Source: an uncultured delta proteobacterium
GTDB lineage: Bacteria; Desulfobacterota; Syntrophia; Syntrophales; UBA2185
NCBI GenBank assembly: GCA_963729715.1
Contig: CAVSPA010000004.1
Location: 32,001 to 96,000 of the forward strand
Direction of reading: 5' to 3'
Length of the DNA stretch: 64,000 nucleotides
Both the position numbers and the translations under genes were made by a program. A model generated the notes under the pieces. The model made no database searches and had not been told where the DNA came from. It worked only from the letters and a program-made list of their open reading frames with translations. This document shows, piece after piece, positions 48,114-58,043 of the stretch (positions within the stretch are counted from its first letter, which is position 1; each line of letters begins with the position of its first letter).

Positions 48114-49295
48114 TTAACCCCCAACGAGTTCCCTGTATAACCGGTCGATCTTCTGCACCATGGAGTCTGCACCGTATTCGACGGCAATGGCCCTACCTTT
48201 CTCTCCCATCGCTTTTCTTTTCATGGGGTGGCTGTGCAGAATTGATATGCTCCTCGCAATGGCTTCCGCGTCCTCAGGAGGGACAAGCAGGCCATTTTCC
48301 TCATTCTTAACGAGGTCGGGAATCCCGCCGACATTACTCGCTATGATCGGTTTGCCCATGGCCATCGCCTCGACGAGAACCTTTCCCATGCCTTCGTTGA
48401 GGGAAGGGAGGACGAACAGATCGAAAGTAGACATCACCTCCGCAACGTCCTCGCGCCATCCTAAAAATTTAACTTTGTCATATATACCCAAGGTTGCGGC
48501 CTGCGCCTTCAGGTCGTTCATGAGCTCGCCATCGCCCAGAAATATAAATGTCATGTCCGGTCTTGTCAAAAGAATCTTTCGTGCCGCCTCAATCAAATAT
48601 TTGTGTCCCTTGATATGGGTTAGTCTCCCCACCGTTCCCACGACGAATGTTCCCTTAGGTATTCCGAGCCTTTTCTTCGCATCGTCGGGAGCTATGCGGA
48701 CATCTGCAAATCTGGAGAGATCGACGCCGCTATGAATGACTGTAAACTTGTTTTCATGGGCGATATGGCACCGGAGATGATCCTTCTTCTCCTGACTGGT
48801 CAGCGTAATGATTCTGTCCGTAATGGTTGCCGTCAGTCTCTCAAAAAAAATGTATGTTCTCGTTTTCCATTTATCGAAATAGCCCCAGAAGACATGTCCA
48901 TGGGGCGTATGTATGATGACATGAACCCCGGCCAGGCGTGCAGCCCATCTGCCGAGGATGCCTGCCTTCGACGTATGTGTGTGGATGATGTGCGGCTTTT
49001 CTTCTGAGAAAATTGTTATCAGTTTATAAAAGGACTTCAGATCGCCGAGAGGGTATATTCTTCTTACGAGTTCGGGCATGGTTAATATTCTAACCCCGCT
49101 TTTGCGTGCGACTTCTATGCAGCTTTCCACGGCCCTTGTTTCAGCAGGTCCCATATTGGATTCGTAAGAAAGACCCCTGATTAGAATAACCTCATATCCG
49201 ACCGACTGAAGACCTTTAACAGTGAGAAAGGTATTTTCCGCAGCGCCGCCTTTATCGAAGCGGGTGATTATGTGGATAACTTTAATTTTCGACAT
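48114..49295 (-). CDS. Glycosyltransferase family 4
   Basis: GGAAE, HTHTSKAG, KGH, PSLNEGMGKVLVEAMA. Confidence 0.93.
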   Translation of the reverse strand: MSKIKVIHIITRFDKGGAAENTFLTVKGLQSVGYEVILIRGLSYESNMGPAETRAVESCIEVARKSGVRILTMPELVRRIYPLGDLKSFYKLITIFSEEKPHIIHTHTSKAGILGRWAARLAGVHVIIHTPHGHVFWGYFDKWKTRTYIFFERLTATITDRIITLTSQEKKDHLRCHIAHENKFTVIHSGVDLSRFADVRIAPDDAKKRLGIPKGTFVVGTVGRLTHIKGHKYLIEAARKILLTRPDMTFIFLGDGELMNDLKAQAATLGIYDKVKFLGWREDVAEVMSTFDLFVLPSLNEGMGKVLVEAMAMGKPIIASNVGGIPDLVKNEENGLLVPPEDAEAIARSISILHSHPMKRKAMGEKGRAIAVEYGADSMVQKIDRLYRELVGG

Positions 49296-49311
49296 TGTCG
49301 TTTTGTTATGA

Positions 49312-49470
49312 CTAAAAGAGCGCGTAGATGAAGGGAGCTATTGCGCTACTTTCGGTAAAGACGATAAGTGCGCTCATAAGAAGCAACACAATGATTATCG
49401 GCAATAACCAGTATTTCTTTCTGTGTTTCAGGAATTCCCAGAACTCGACGATCAGATATTGTTTTGCCAT
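49312..49470 (-). CDS. DUF5989/SxtK-like small membrane protein (52 aa, not in the ORF track)
   Basis: MAKQYLIVEFWEFLKHRKKYWLLPIIIVLLLMSALIVFTESSAIAPFIYALF; RBS GGAG. Confidence 0.88.
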   Translation of the reverse strand: MAKQYLIVEFWEFLKHRKKYWLLPIIIVLLLMSALIVFTESSAIAPFIYALF

Positions 49471-49480
49471 ATTCCGCTCC

Positions 49481-49882
49481 TTAAAATTGTTTCAAGAATC
49501 GATCTTTTGGTTGTGACGGCTCTGTCCGTGCTACCCAATAGGATGACGCTTTTTTATCCGGCAGAAGAGGGAGTGGCTTGCCGCCAAAAATTCTTTTTAA
49601 CAGCGCAGCGGGCGTTATGACAGCGTAATAGGTGAGAATAAGAACTGCCATGGTAATGAGTTCCCCCATGAAATGCGCCGCCTTCATCCAAATACGATGG
49701 ATAGGCTTGAATCGGAAGGGGTCCAGGATAAAGCCTATGCCCATCATGGAAAGAAGACAGAAGAATGAACCGAGAATATACTTCTGGTTCCAGAATCCCA
49801 GAGCGGCTAAGGCGCCGAAGAAGACGAAGGCAATAGCCCCGAATTTTCGTATTTCTTTTAGTTCAGTCGAGGATGAGGTCAT
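49481..49882 (-). CDS. SxtJ family membrane protein (ATG 49882)
   Basis: RKFG, TM helices, PIHRIWM, YYAVITP, SYWV, C-terminal KQF. Confidence 0.85.
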   Translation of the reverse strand: MTSSSTELKEIRKFGAIAFVFFGALAALGFWNQKYILGSFFCLLSMMGIGFILDPFRFKPIHRIWMKAAHFMGELITMAVLILTYYAVITPAALLKRIFGGKPLPLLPDKKASSYWVARTEPSQPKDRFLKQF

Positions 49883-51677
49883 CTCTCCATTCTTTGCTTT
49901 CTGCCCAGGCGGGTTGTGCCTCTTTGTAGAGTATGCAGTTTTCCATGACGAGAACATCCATTTCCGTTCTCATAAAACATCGGTATGCATCTTCCGGAGT
50001 GCAGACAATCGGTTCACCACGCACGTTAAAGCTTGTGTTGACGATTATCGGGAAGCCGGTCAGTTTCTCGAATTCAGAGATGACGGCATGAAAATCGCGA
50101 TTATCACGTTGATTGACGGTTTGCACGCGCGCCGAATAATCGAGATGGGTGACTGCGGGGATATCGCTTCTCTTGTATTTGATGCGCTCCAACATGCCCG
50201 CTTTGTCAACCGTTGGCTGAGGGATTCGTCTGCCTTCTTTCAGATAGGAGACCAAAAGCATATATGGACTGCTTGTATTTAGCTCGAAATACTCCGAGGC
50301 TTTTTCCTCCAAGACGGAGGGTGCAAAGGGTCTGAAGGATTCCCGATACTTGATTTTCAGATTCATTATGCTCTGCGTTTCTACGCTGCGGGGATCTCCC
50401 AAAATGCTTCTTGCCCCAAGGGCCCGCGGCCCGAATTCCATGCGACCGGACATGTAGCCAACAATTCGGCCTGCTGCGATCTCTTTTGCAATGGTGACGG
50501 GTCTGTCTATGCTGTCGAGACGCTGAAAAGGATAATGGCTGCTTTCAAGGAAAGCTGTGATGGATTGAGCAGAAAAGCTGGGGCCGAGATATGAGCCATA
50601 CTGGCTGTCCATGTCTTCAGTAATCTTTCGCTCGTTTCCGAGGAATCTATGCCATACAGATAAAGCCGCACCCAAGGCGCCCCCGGCATCGCCGGCGGCT
50701 GGTTGTATCCAGATATTCTCAAAGGGTCCCTCACGCAATATGCGGCCGTTAGATACGCAGTTGAGGGCAACGCCGCCTGCCAGACAAAGATTTTTCTGCT
50801 TGGTTTCCTTATGGACATGAATTGCCATCTTCAACATAATTTCTTCTGTCACGGCCTGAATGCTCGCCGCAATATCCATTTCTCTTTCGGTAATAGGGGA
50901 CTCGGGTTTGCGGGGAGACCCATGAAATAATTTATCGAGGTGCTCACTTGTCATTCGCAAGCCGCCGAGGAAATCAAAATAGGACAGGTTAAGTCGAATT
51001 GATCCGTCCTCCTTGACGTCAACGATCTCCTGCAGAATGAGATTTTTATATATGGGTTTTCCATAAGGGGCGAGCCCCATGAGTTTGTATTCTCCCGAAT
51101 TGACCTTAAAGCCAGTGAAGTAAGTAAAAGCGGAATAAAGCATTCCGAGGGAGTCAGGGAAATGGAGTTCTTTCATTAAATAAATATCATTGCCGGTGCC
51201 ATATCCAAAAGACGCCGTGGCCCATTCGCCCACTCCATCTATAGTTAGAATGGCAGACTTACTGAAAGGGGATGGGTAGAAAGCAGAGGCTGCATGTGCT
51301 TCATGATGTTCCGTGAACAATATGGTCCCTTCGTAGCCCGTTTCTCTACTAATGATCTTTCTAATATGAAGCTTTTGGCGCAGCCATGACGGCATGGCGG
51401 AAAGCCACGATTTAAGACCCTTGGGCGCAATGGTCAGATAAGTCAACAGCAGTCTTTCAAAAGTGAGGAAGGGCTTATCATAGAAGACGACGTAGTCTAT
51501 GTCCTTAACAGAAATCTTTGCCTCTTCGAGACAATAGTTTATTGCATATCGCGGGAATCTCGGATCATGCTTTGATCTGCTGAACCGCTCCTCCTGGGCG
51601 GCGGCGATCACTCGACCGTCCTGTACGAGGCATGCGGCGCTGTCGTGATAAAATGCCGAAATGCCAAGGATGTTCAT
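49863..51677 (-). CDS. O-carbamoyltransferase (NodU/CmcH/SxtI family)
   Basis: ILGISAFYHDSAA, EHHEAHAAS, DGVGE, GEYKLMGLAPYG, EFGPRALG, RESFRPFAP, NTSFNVRGEP. Confidence 0.95.
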   Translation of the reverse strand: MNILGISAFYHDSAACLVQDGRVIAAAQEERFSRSKHDPRFPRYAINYCLEEAKISVKDIDYVVFYDKPFLTFERLLLTYLTIAPKGLKSWLSAMPSWLRQKLHIRKIISRETGYEGTILFTEHHEAHAASAFYPSPFSKSAILTIDGVGEWATASFGYGTGNDIYLMKELHFPDSLGMLYSAFTYFTGFKVNSGEYKLMGLAPYGKPIYKNLILQEIVDVKEDGSIRLNLSYFDFLGGLRMTSEHLDKLFHGSPRKPESPITEREMDIAASIQAVTEEIMLKMAIHVHKETKQKNLCLAGGVALNCVSNGRILREGPFENIWIQPAAGDAGGALGAALSVWHRFLGNERKITEDMDSQYGSYLGPSFSAQSITAFLESSHYPFQRLDSIDRPVTIAKEIAAGRIVGYMSGRMEFGPRALGARSILGDPRSVETQSIMNLKIKYRESFRPFAPSVLEEKASEYFELNTSSPYMLLVSYLKEGRRIPQPTVDKAGMLERIKYKRSDIPAVTHLDYSARVQTVNQRDNRDFHAVISEFEKLTGFPIIVNTSFNVRGEPIVCTPEDAYRCFMRTEMDVLVMENCILYKEAQPAWAESKEWRDDLILD

Positions 51678-52795
51678 AATATCTTGCCGATCCTTAAGAA
51701 TCGCGCGATCTCATCAGCCACGATATTGTGTCCGAGCGGGCTCAAATGGCCATCCGGCAGGTAGAGACTTTCTATGTCCGGATAACGCATGAAATGATCG
51801 GTAAGATTAATAAATAAGATATTATTCGCATTCGCAAAATCACTCATTCTCTGATCTGTTCTAAGTTTATCAGGCATTAATTTCTTATAAGCACGGATAT
51901 TGTTAATGTCCGGTACAAACAGGATGAGCGGAAGACTCTTTATCTGGCGACAATCTGCATTCCAGCGCATCAATATTTGTGTAGTTAGGTTCCAATCGGC
52001 TTCACTGATGATTCTTTGCCCTTGATTGGGACGATCTTTTTGATCGCTTTTCTGAATTGAAAAAGCTCTGTGCGTCAAATAGGCCGCATATTTCTTCCTT
52101 AGGAAGTTAACAAGATGGGAGTGTCCTACCAGGAAGCGATAACCCGGAAAATTCTGTATCCTGATCTGCTGATTGTAATACCTCATCTTGGGTGAGTTTC
52201 CATCATTTGGGAGAGTCTTGATCAATTCACCATCTTTCAGTTGAAATATGCCTCCCTGCCTATTATCGTCAAAATCATTGGCCTCACAAAAAGCTAATAT
52301 AACGAGATCGGGCTGAAAGTTCATGCCGATGCGCTCAAAGAGAACGGTTTCCTGATCATTCCCATAACCTCTGATGGCAGCATTTATGGTTTCAACTCTC
52401 TTGTTTAAACCTTGCTCATTGGCTTTTTTCTCAAATTGTTTGATGTAAGTTTCCGTGAGTTCAACACCCTCTGCCATGCTCATGGAATCGCCAAGGAGAA
52501 GGACGCGAAATGTTCCCGGAGATTTCTGTAAATCATGTTCGCTGTCGCGTAATCCGAGTGAATTGGTTTCCAAATGAAACCATCTTACGGAAGTTCCCTT
52601 TAAATAAGATTTTGTGTTGGGAGGAAGTCGATAAATTAATTCGCTGTCAGCCATAGCGGGCATGGGTACGATCAAATCCTGGGGCATGAAGCAACGGAAA
52701 AAAATCTCCAGCAGGCCCAGGGTGATGAAGATGCTGACAAGGACAAGCAGCGCATTCGTGAATAATGATTTCCAATTCAATTGTAATCTCCTCAA
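51674..52795 (-). CDS. Membrane-anchored SGNH/GDSL hydrolase or transferase
   Basis: N-terminal TM, TNSLGLRD, LGDS, RGYG, ND, DGH. Confidence 0.85.
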   Translation of the reverse strand: MRRLQLNWKSLFTNALLVLVSIFITLGLLEIFFRCFMPQDLIVPMPAMADSELIYRLPPNTKSYLKGTSVRWFHLETNSLGLRDSEHDLQKSPGTFRVLLLGDSMSMAEGVELTETYIKQFEKKANEQGLNKRVETINAAIRGYGNDQETVLFERIGMNFQPDLVILAFCEANDFDDNRQGGIFQLKDGELIKTLPNDGNSPKMRYYNQQIRIQNFPGYRFLVGHSHLVNFLRKKYAAYLTHRAFSIQKSDQKDRPNQGQRIISEADWNLTTQILMRWNADCRQIKSLPLILFVPDINNIRAYKKLMPDKLRTDQRMSDFANANNILFINLTDHFMRYPDIESLYLPDGHLSPLGHNIVADEIARFLRIGKIL

Positions 52796-52831
52796 CTGTT
52801 CAGTACACCTGTAAATGTAAATGCTGAAGCG

Positions 52832-53851
52832 TCATACTTTCCTGGCTATCACTATAAAAAAGCCTCCCTCGCGGCCACCTCTAACGATCATTTCAATATT
52901 AACTATGAATCGTTCTAATCGATTGCCTAATTTGTGAGGCGCGAACAACCTTTCTGATTCAGGAAGGCCTTCAAAGGGCACAGTTTTGGGTATGCTGTTT
53001 ATGAATGTGAACCCGGCTTCCTTTAACCAGCCCAGGACTTCTTCAACCGTATGCTTGGATTCATGAGGATTCTTATACTGATCAAGAAACCAGGCCGTCC
53101 CCTTAGCGGCGCTGATACTTGGATCTACACTTCGTTGGTCAAAGAACTTGAATTTATCTTTTGTCGCATTATTGATAATTCGCCGGATGTCAGTAACGAT
53201 TCTTCCATACTTATGGTAAAGGCCGATAATAATATAACCCTTCGGCCTGACAAGCTTCGCTATTGATTTAAAACCGAGGAAAGGGTCACTCGTGTGATGA
53301 AGAACCCCGTTTGATATGACCAGGTCAAAGGTTTCCTTGTTAAAGCACGGGCGGAACAGGTTCATCTGGTAGAAGTGAGCCCTTTTCAAGTTATTCTTGG
53401 TCTTAAATTGCTGTGCCAGCCTTAAGGAATTTAGAGAAATATCCGTTCCAATCACAGTTCTATTGGCAATCGATAGAAAGTTTGTTAACTGACCCGTACC
53501 GCAACCACATTCTAAAACACGGGTCTTAGTGGGAATCTGCGCGTATAACAATCTTGCAAAAACGCCTTCTCGGGCCTTTTCTATCAACGTTCCAACGTTG
53601 TCAAAATCGTCATAATCGGGAAACGGATTTTTCTCGTAAAATGACCTGATTTTCTGAGTCACATCTTCTTTAGAAGCGTCCCATTCGTTTTGCCAATATA
53701 ACATGGGGATACCATCATTCGTCTTGTATGTTTCTTGACAACCAAGACAAGTGAACTCCCTATCATTATGGATAAACTGTCCACCACATTTTGGACAGCA
53801 TAATATATCCATATCTTCCGCAAGAAAACTTTTTTCTTCATTATTCATCAC
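52832..53851 (-). CDS. Class I SAM methyltransferase with N-terminal Trm112-like zinc-binding domain
   Basis: ILCCPKC...CLGC...Y...DGIPML; VLECGCGTG; GVLHHT. Confidence 0.88.
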   Translation of the reverse strand: MMNNEEKSFLAEDMDILCCPKCGGQFIHNDREFTCLGCQETYKTNDGIPMLYWQNEWDASKEDVTQKIRSFYEKNPFPDYDDFDNVGTLIEKAREGVFARLLYAQIPTKTRVLECGCGTGQLTNFLSIANRTVIGTDISLNSLRLAQQFKTKNNLKRAHFYQMNLFRPCFNKETFDLVISNGVLHHTSDPFLGFKSIAKLVRPKGYIIIGLYHKYGRIVTDIRRIINNATKDKFKFFDQRSVDPSISAAKGTAWFLDQYKNPHESKHTVEEVLGWLKEAGFTFINSIPKTVPFEGLPESERLFAPHKLGNRLERFIVNIEMIVRGGREGGFFIVIARKV

Positions 53852-53903
53852 TTACTGTCGCGTTTTAAAGAGGATTTGCCGTTACAATAAAGACAATCCT
53901 TCT

Positions 53904-55847
53904 TTATCCCGGCCACGTCTCGGTATTTTTCGCGTGCCGCCCATACCAAACCTGGAAGACGATGAGGTTCCATATGTGCCACGATGTATCAACCCTGTTC
54001 GACATCAGATTATTTACAAGCTCCTTGATGACAGCGTAATCGAAGATGCCCTGCCGATCTATAATGTCCTCGGAGAGATGATCCTCAATCAGATATCTCA
54101 AGTCCGTCTTGAGCCATTTGCTGATAGGCATCTCGAATCCCCATTTAGGCCGGTTGTGCAGGGAAGGGGGCAGAATATCCTTGAATGTTTCCATTAGGAC
54201 GTATTTGCTTTTGCCTTTTCGTAGTTTCCAGTCCCCCGTCATGGAAAAGGCTAATTCGCATACCCTGTGGTCCAAGAGGGGCACGCGTACTTCGAGAGCG
54301 TGAAACATACTCATGGCATCCACCTTTGTGAGCATATCGCCGGGAAGGGATTGTTTGAGATCGGCATAAAGCATGCTGTTTATATGGTCGTTCCGCAACT
54401 CATTCAATCTGGATGCCGTCAGTTTCATGCCGAGGTCATAGTCCGTAGTTTTCGAATCGTGCAGAATCACTTTTCTCAAATCACGGGAGAAAATTTCATT
54501 CCAGGTGAAGAAGCGCTCGGCAAAGGTGTCTTTTGCACCTCTCAGAAATTTCTTTGACCTTCTGACATATTCAGAAAGTTTTTCATCGCGTGAGTCGGAA
54601 AGAGACATCAAGAAGGGTTCTATAAATTTCTTTCTGATGAAAAAAGGAAGCAAACGATACCTGCTATACCAGTCTTCACCTTTATACATTCTGTAGCCGG
54701 CAAAGAGCTCATCGCCGCCGTCGCCTGAGAGGGCAACCTTAACCCCTTTTCGAGTCTCCCGGGATACAACAAAGGTTGGCACTGCGGAAGAGTCGCCGAA
54801 AGGCTCATCGAACGAAGCGAGCACCTGTGGGACCGCTTCCAGAATATCCTTAGCGTCGAGCTTGATCTCGTGGTGGTCGGTCCCGTTCATTACTGAAACG
54901 TCCCGCGCGTAATCTGTTTCGTCAAACAGGGGCATGTCTTTGTAGCCGATGGTATATGTCTCGACCGGTCTGCTCGAATTCCGGGCCATCAGCCCCACGA
55001 TAATGCTTGAATCAATGCCGCCGCTGAGGAATGCGCCGAGGGGGACATCTGCGATCATCTGCATGCAGACCGCCTCTTCCAGCGTTTTGAAAAGCTCGCG
55101 TTTGCAGGCATCGAAATCCATCTCCGTACTTCGTACGCGGGGATTCAGGTCGATATTCCAGTACGCGTCTTCCCGCACTTCTCCATTCTGAAAAACGAGA
55201 ATGTGGCCGGGGTTAAGTTTTCTAATGTTCTTGAAAATTGTATAGGGTGCAGGAATATAATTAAACGTCAGGTAGAGATTTAGGGCGTCCCAGTCCATCT
55301 CGCGGTTGACATCCGTATCCTCAAGAATCCCTTTGATCTCTGAGGCAAAGATGAGAGTATTGCCGTCCCACGAATAGACGAGGGGTTTGATGCCGATATG
55401 ATCCCTGCACATGAGGAGCATTTGCTTTCTTTCGTCCCAGAGCGCAAAAGCAAACATCCCGACGAGCCTCTTCACACAATGGACGCCTTCCTCTTCGTAA
55501 AGATGGATTATGGCCTCAGTATCTGTATGAGAATGGAAGCGATGGCCCTTGCCTTCGAGTTCCGTGCGCAGGGATTGAAAATTGTAAACCTCGCCGTTGA
55601 AGACAAGCCAGACACTCTTATCTTCATTACACATGGGCTGCCTGCCCGCCTCGGACAGATCGATGATGCTGAGCCTTCTGTGACCGAGGCCTATCTTCAC
55701 GCGCGAGCCAATAGCCGCGTCACGCGTATTCGTGTAAGTCCCGTCTGCGTCAGGGCCGCGGTGGGAAAGGACGGAAGTCATTCTACGAAGCGCGACTTCA
55801 TCTATGGGTTTTCCATCTATTCTCAGTTTCCCGCAGATTCCGCACAT
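53904..55847 (-). CDS. asnB: Asparagine synthase (glutamine-hydrolysing)-like amidotransferase
   Basis: MCGICG, HRGPD, RRLSIIDL, FNGEVYN, LSGGIDS, SGDGGDE, EVRVPLLD. In this cluster it probably amidates a glycan. Confidence 0.88.
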   Translation of the reverse strand: MCGICGKLRIDGKPIDEVALRRMTSVLSHRGPDADGTYTNTRDAAIGSRVKIGLGHRRLSIIDLSEAGRQPMCNEDKSVWLVFNGEVYNFQSLRTELEGKGHRFHSHTDTEAIIHLYEEEGVHCVKRLVGMFAFALWDERKQMLLMCRDHIGIKPLVYSWDGNTLIFASEIKGILEDTDVNREMDWDALNLYLTFNYIPAPYTIFKNIRKLNPGHILVFQNGEVREDAYWNIDLNPRVRSTEMDFDACKRELFKTLEEAVCMQMIADVPLGAFLSGGIDSSIIVGLMARNSSRPVETYTIGYKDMPLFDETDYARDVSVMNGTDHHEIKLDAKDILEAVPQVLASFDEPFGDSSAVPTFVVSRETRKGVKVALSGDGGDELFAGYRMYKGEDWYSRYRLLPFFIRKKFIEPFLMSLSDSRDEKLSEYVRRSKKFLRGAKDTFAERFFTWNEIFSRDLRKVILHDSKTTDYDLGMKLTASRLNELRNDHINSMLYADLKQSLPGDMLTKVDAMSMFHALEVRVPLLDHRVCELAFSMTGDWKLRKGKSKYVLMETFKDILPPSLHNRPKWGFEMPISKWLKTDLRYLIEDHLSEDIIDRQGIFDYAVIKELVNNLMSNRVDTSWHIWNLIVFQVWYGRHAKNTETWPG

Positions 55848-55851
55848 AAGA

Positions 55852-56643
55852 CTAATGGGTTTCTCGTATTTTGTTCCATGCTTCGGATAGTTTATGGGCT
55901 ATGTGATCAAGCCCGTACTTGCGAACGTATTCCCAGGATGGCTTGTCCTTGAAGAATAGGTATGTGTCTGAAATTTTCGTGAGAAAGATATTGTGATCAT
56001 CATCGTCGATCTGTATCCGGCCGATGCCTGCAGGCGTCGGCGCTTGATTAGTAGGGCATTGAGTGAAAACAGCCTGAAAACCAAGTCCTTGAAGAAAGTC
56101 CCATAAGGATTCTGCGGGAACGCCTTCTTTGAACGCACAATACCTGACCTTTATGTTGGAGTTGCGCTTCATATGCTCCACTGAATTCAAAATACTTTCC
56201 TTAATAGGTTCTTCATCAGTCTTATCGTCGATACGTCTTCCCGAATACGCCAAAAGTCCTATCTCATAGCCACTCCGGATAATTTCCTGGACTCCATTCC
56301 AGTTCAGGCATTGGATAGGCCGCCCATTTATTGATCGCTCGCCGCCTATAGATTCGGAGACAATGAAGAATGTGGCAGGGAAGTGATGTTTTTTCAAGAC
56401 CGGTAGAGCGTTGGTCAGCGCATCTTCATAACCATCGTCAATCGTAATCGCCATCGATTTCGGAGGGAGCTTTATTTTTCCGATGAGATGATCCACGGCC
56501 TGATCAAGAGTAACAACACTATAGCCGTTTTGCGAAAGAAAGTTCATCTGAAACGCAAATGTTTCAGTTGACAGGCCGTCTTCCATCATTTCCACTGGAT
56601 AATTGCCAATGTTATGGTAGAGGAGAATGGGAACTTCCTTCAT
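55852..56643 (-). CDS. Polysaccharide deacetylase (NodB/IcaB-like) with degenerate metal-binding motif
   Basis: PILLYH, ITIDDGY, PATFFI; the HxxxH motif is replaced by EIGLLAYSG. Confidence 0.8.
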   Translation of the reverse strand: MKEVPILLYHNIGNYPVEMMEDGLSTETFAFQMNFLSQNGYSVVTLDQAVDHLIGKIKLPPKSMAITIDDGYEDALTNALPVLKKHHFPATFFIVSESIGGERSINGRPIQCLNWNGVQEIIRSGYEIGLLAYSGRRIDDKTDEEPIKESILNSVEHMKRNSNIKVRYCAFKEGVPAESLWDFLQGLGFQAVFTQCPTNQAPTPAGIGRIQIDDDDHNIFLTKISDTYLFFKDKPSWEYVRKYGLDHIAHKLSEAWNKIRETH

Positions 56644-57863
56644 TGCTGTTGCTCAGACAAAAGTGTTTGAAATACTTTTTCCGTGGTATCGACATTCCTT
56701 TCCCAGGAATAATTGGCTTCGACAAATGTTCTGCATTGAGAAGATACGCTCTTCCACACGGCAGGATTTTCCTTAAACTGTTGGCATTTTTCAACGATCA
56801 GACCGGCAATGGCTTCCGAGCTCGTATCTTTGAAAAGATAACTGGGATCGAATATGCCAAGAATCTCTTTGGTACCTCCTATCGGTGTACCGAGCACCGG
56901 AGTGCCGCATGCCAGGGCCTCTAAAGTAACGAGGCCGAAACCTTCGAGTTCCAAAGTGGGCAAAATAAATGCGTCAGCCGCTCGGTAGTAGTCGGGCAGG
57001 TCTTGCTCAGGGATGAATCCTACAAATTTAATATTGCCTTCGATCTTCAGCCTACGCGAGAGTTGAACCAGTTCCTCCTTAAGACTGCCGCTTCCACCGA
57101 TAATGAGATAGGCATCGGGTATATTTTCTACGACATCCTTCATGGCTGCAATAAGATTCTCCAGACCCATTCTGGGTACGAGGTTTCTTATGGTGAGCAA
57201 TATCGTCTTTTCTTGAGGGATGTCTAAGCGGCGGCGAATTTCCATTCTATCGCCAGCGGGACGAAATCCTTCTATGTTTATGCCTCCCGGTATGATCACG
57301 ATTTTGGAGGGTGGTATCTTATAGGCGTTCCACAGTTTATCCTGGGTGTAACGACTTAGTACAATGATCTTGTCCGATGCGTTGAGAACCTTCTTTTCAA
57401 CATCCTTCCGCCCCTGAGTGTTGATCCAGCGCATAACACTTGCGATAATACCTCCCATTTTTGGATTCCGGGATTGATACTCTTCGAACGAGAGGGAATG
57501 ACATGTATAAACTTTTCTCAATTGCATACTGAGTGGGGAATTCACAACACCGAGCGAAGAAAACGGCTGATGAAAATTTATGCACGCGAAATTGTATTTT
57601 TCATGCAGAGATTCAAAGAGACGCCGGCTGTTCAATTGGGTCGAACCGTAGAAGGAAAGAATACTGCTTTGATCTATGTCATATCTCCATTCCCGGACGT
57701 TTCCTATGATCTCGCGATCTGATTCATGTGCAGGCAAGCGCCGGGTTATGATGTCTACATTGTGACCCTTCTGCGCCACGCGGGTGCTTTGCTCATAGAG
57801 GACCCTTTCCGCGCCGCCGATAACGTTGCTTATGGAAACATCTGATACGAAGAGAATATTCAA
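56640..57863 (-). CDS. Glycosyltransferase family 4
   Basis: IGGAER, PTLELEGFGLVTLEALACG. Confidence 0.92.
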   Translation of the reverse strand: MNILFVSDVSISNVIGGAERVLYEQSTRVAQKGHNVDIITRRLPAHESDREIIGNVREWRYDIDQSSILSFYGSTQLNSRRLFESLHEKYNFACINFHQPFSSLGVVNSPLSMQLRKVYTCHSLSFEEYQSRNPKMGGIIASVMRWINTQGRKDVEKKVLNASDKIIVLSRYTQDKLWNAYKIPPSKIVIIPGGINIEGFRPAGDRMEIRRRLDIPQEKTILLTIRNLVPRMGLENLIAAMKDVVENIPDAYLIIGGSGSLKEELVQLSRRLKIEGNIKFVGFIPEQDLPDYYRAADAFILPTLELEGFGLVTLEALACGTPVLGTPIGGTKEILGIFDPSYLFKDTSSEAIAGLIVEKCQQFKENPAVWKSVSSQCRTFVEANYSWERNVDTTEKVFQTLLSEQQQ

Positions 57864-57899
57864 ACGTCTTTCCTAAAGAACATCATTTTATTATTAAGG

Positions 57900-58025
57900 T
57901 GTCATATCGACCCCTTCGTTTTCACTCAGGGTAAACTCCGGGAGATATCCTTGTCCCGAACGAAGAGGGGTATCTGCTTCAACGCGTTACAGATTTCTCA
58001 GTCGCTACGCTCCTTCGAAATGACA
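57900..58025. repeat. REP-like palindromic element (TGTCATTTCGAA family), copy 2
   Basis: Right arm GATTTCTCAGTCGCTACGCTCCTTCGAAATGACA is the near reverse complement of the left arm at 25403; shared core TCCTTGTCCCGAACGAAGAG. Confidence 0.85.
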
Positions 58026-58043
58026 CATTTGTGGGGCAGTGTA

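Noticed and set aside
49312..51677. Saxitoxin biosynthesis cluster
   Set aside because: Only sxtI/J/K-like genes are present. There is no sxtA, sxtG or other core gene, and the context is glycan synthesis.
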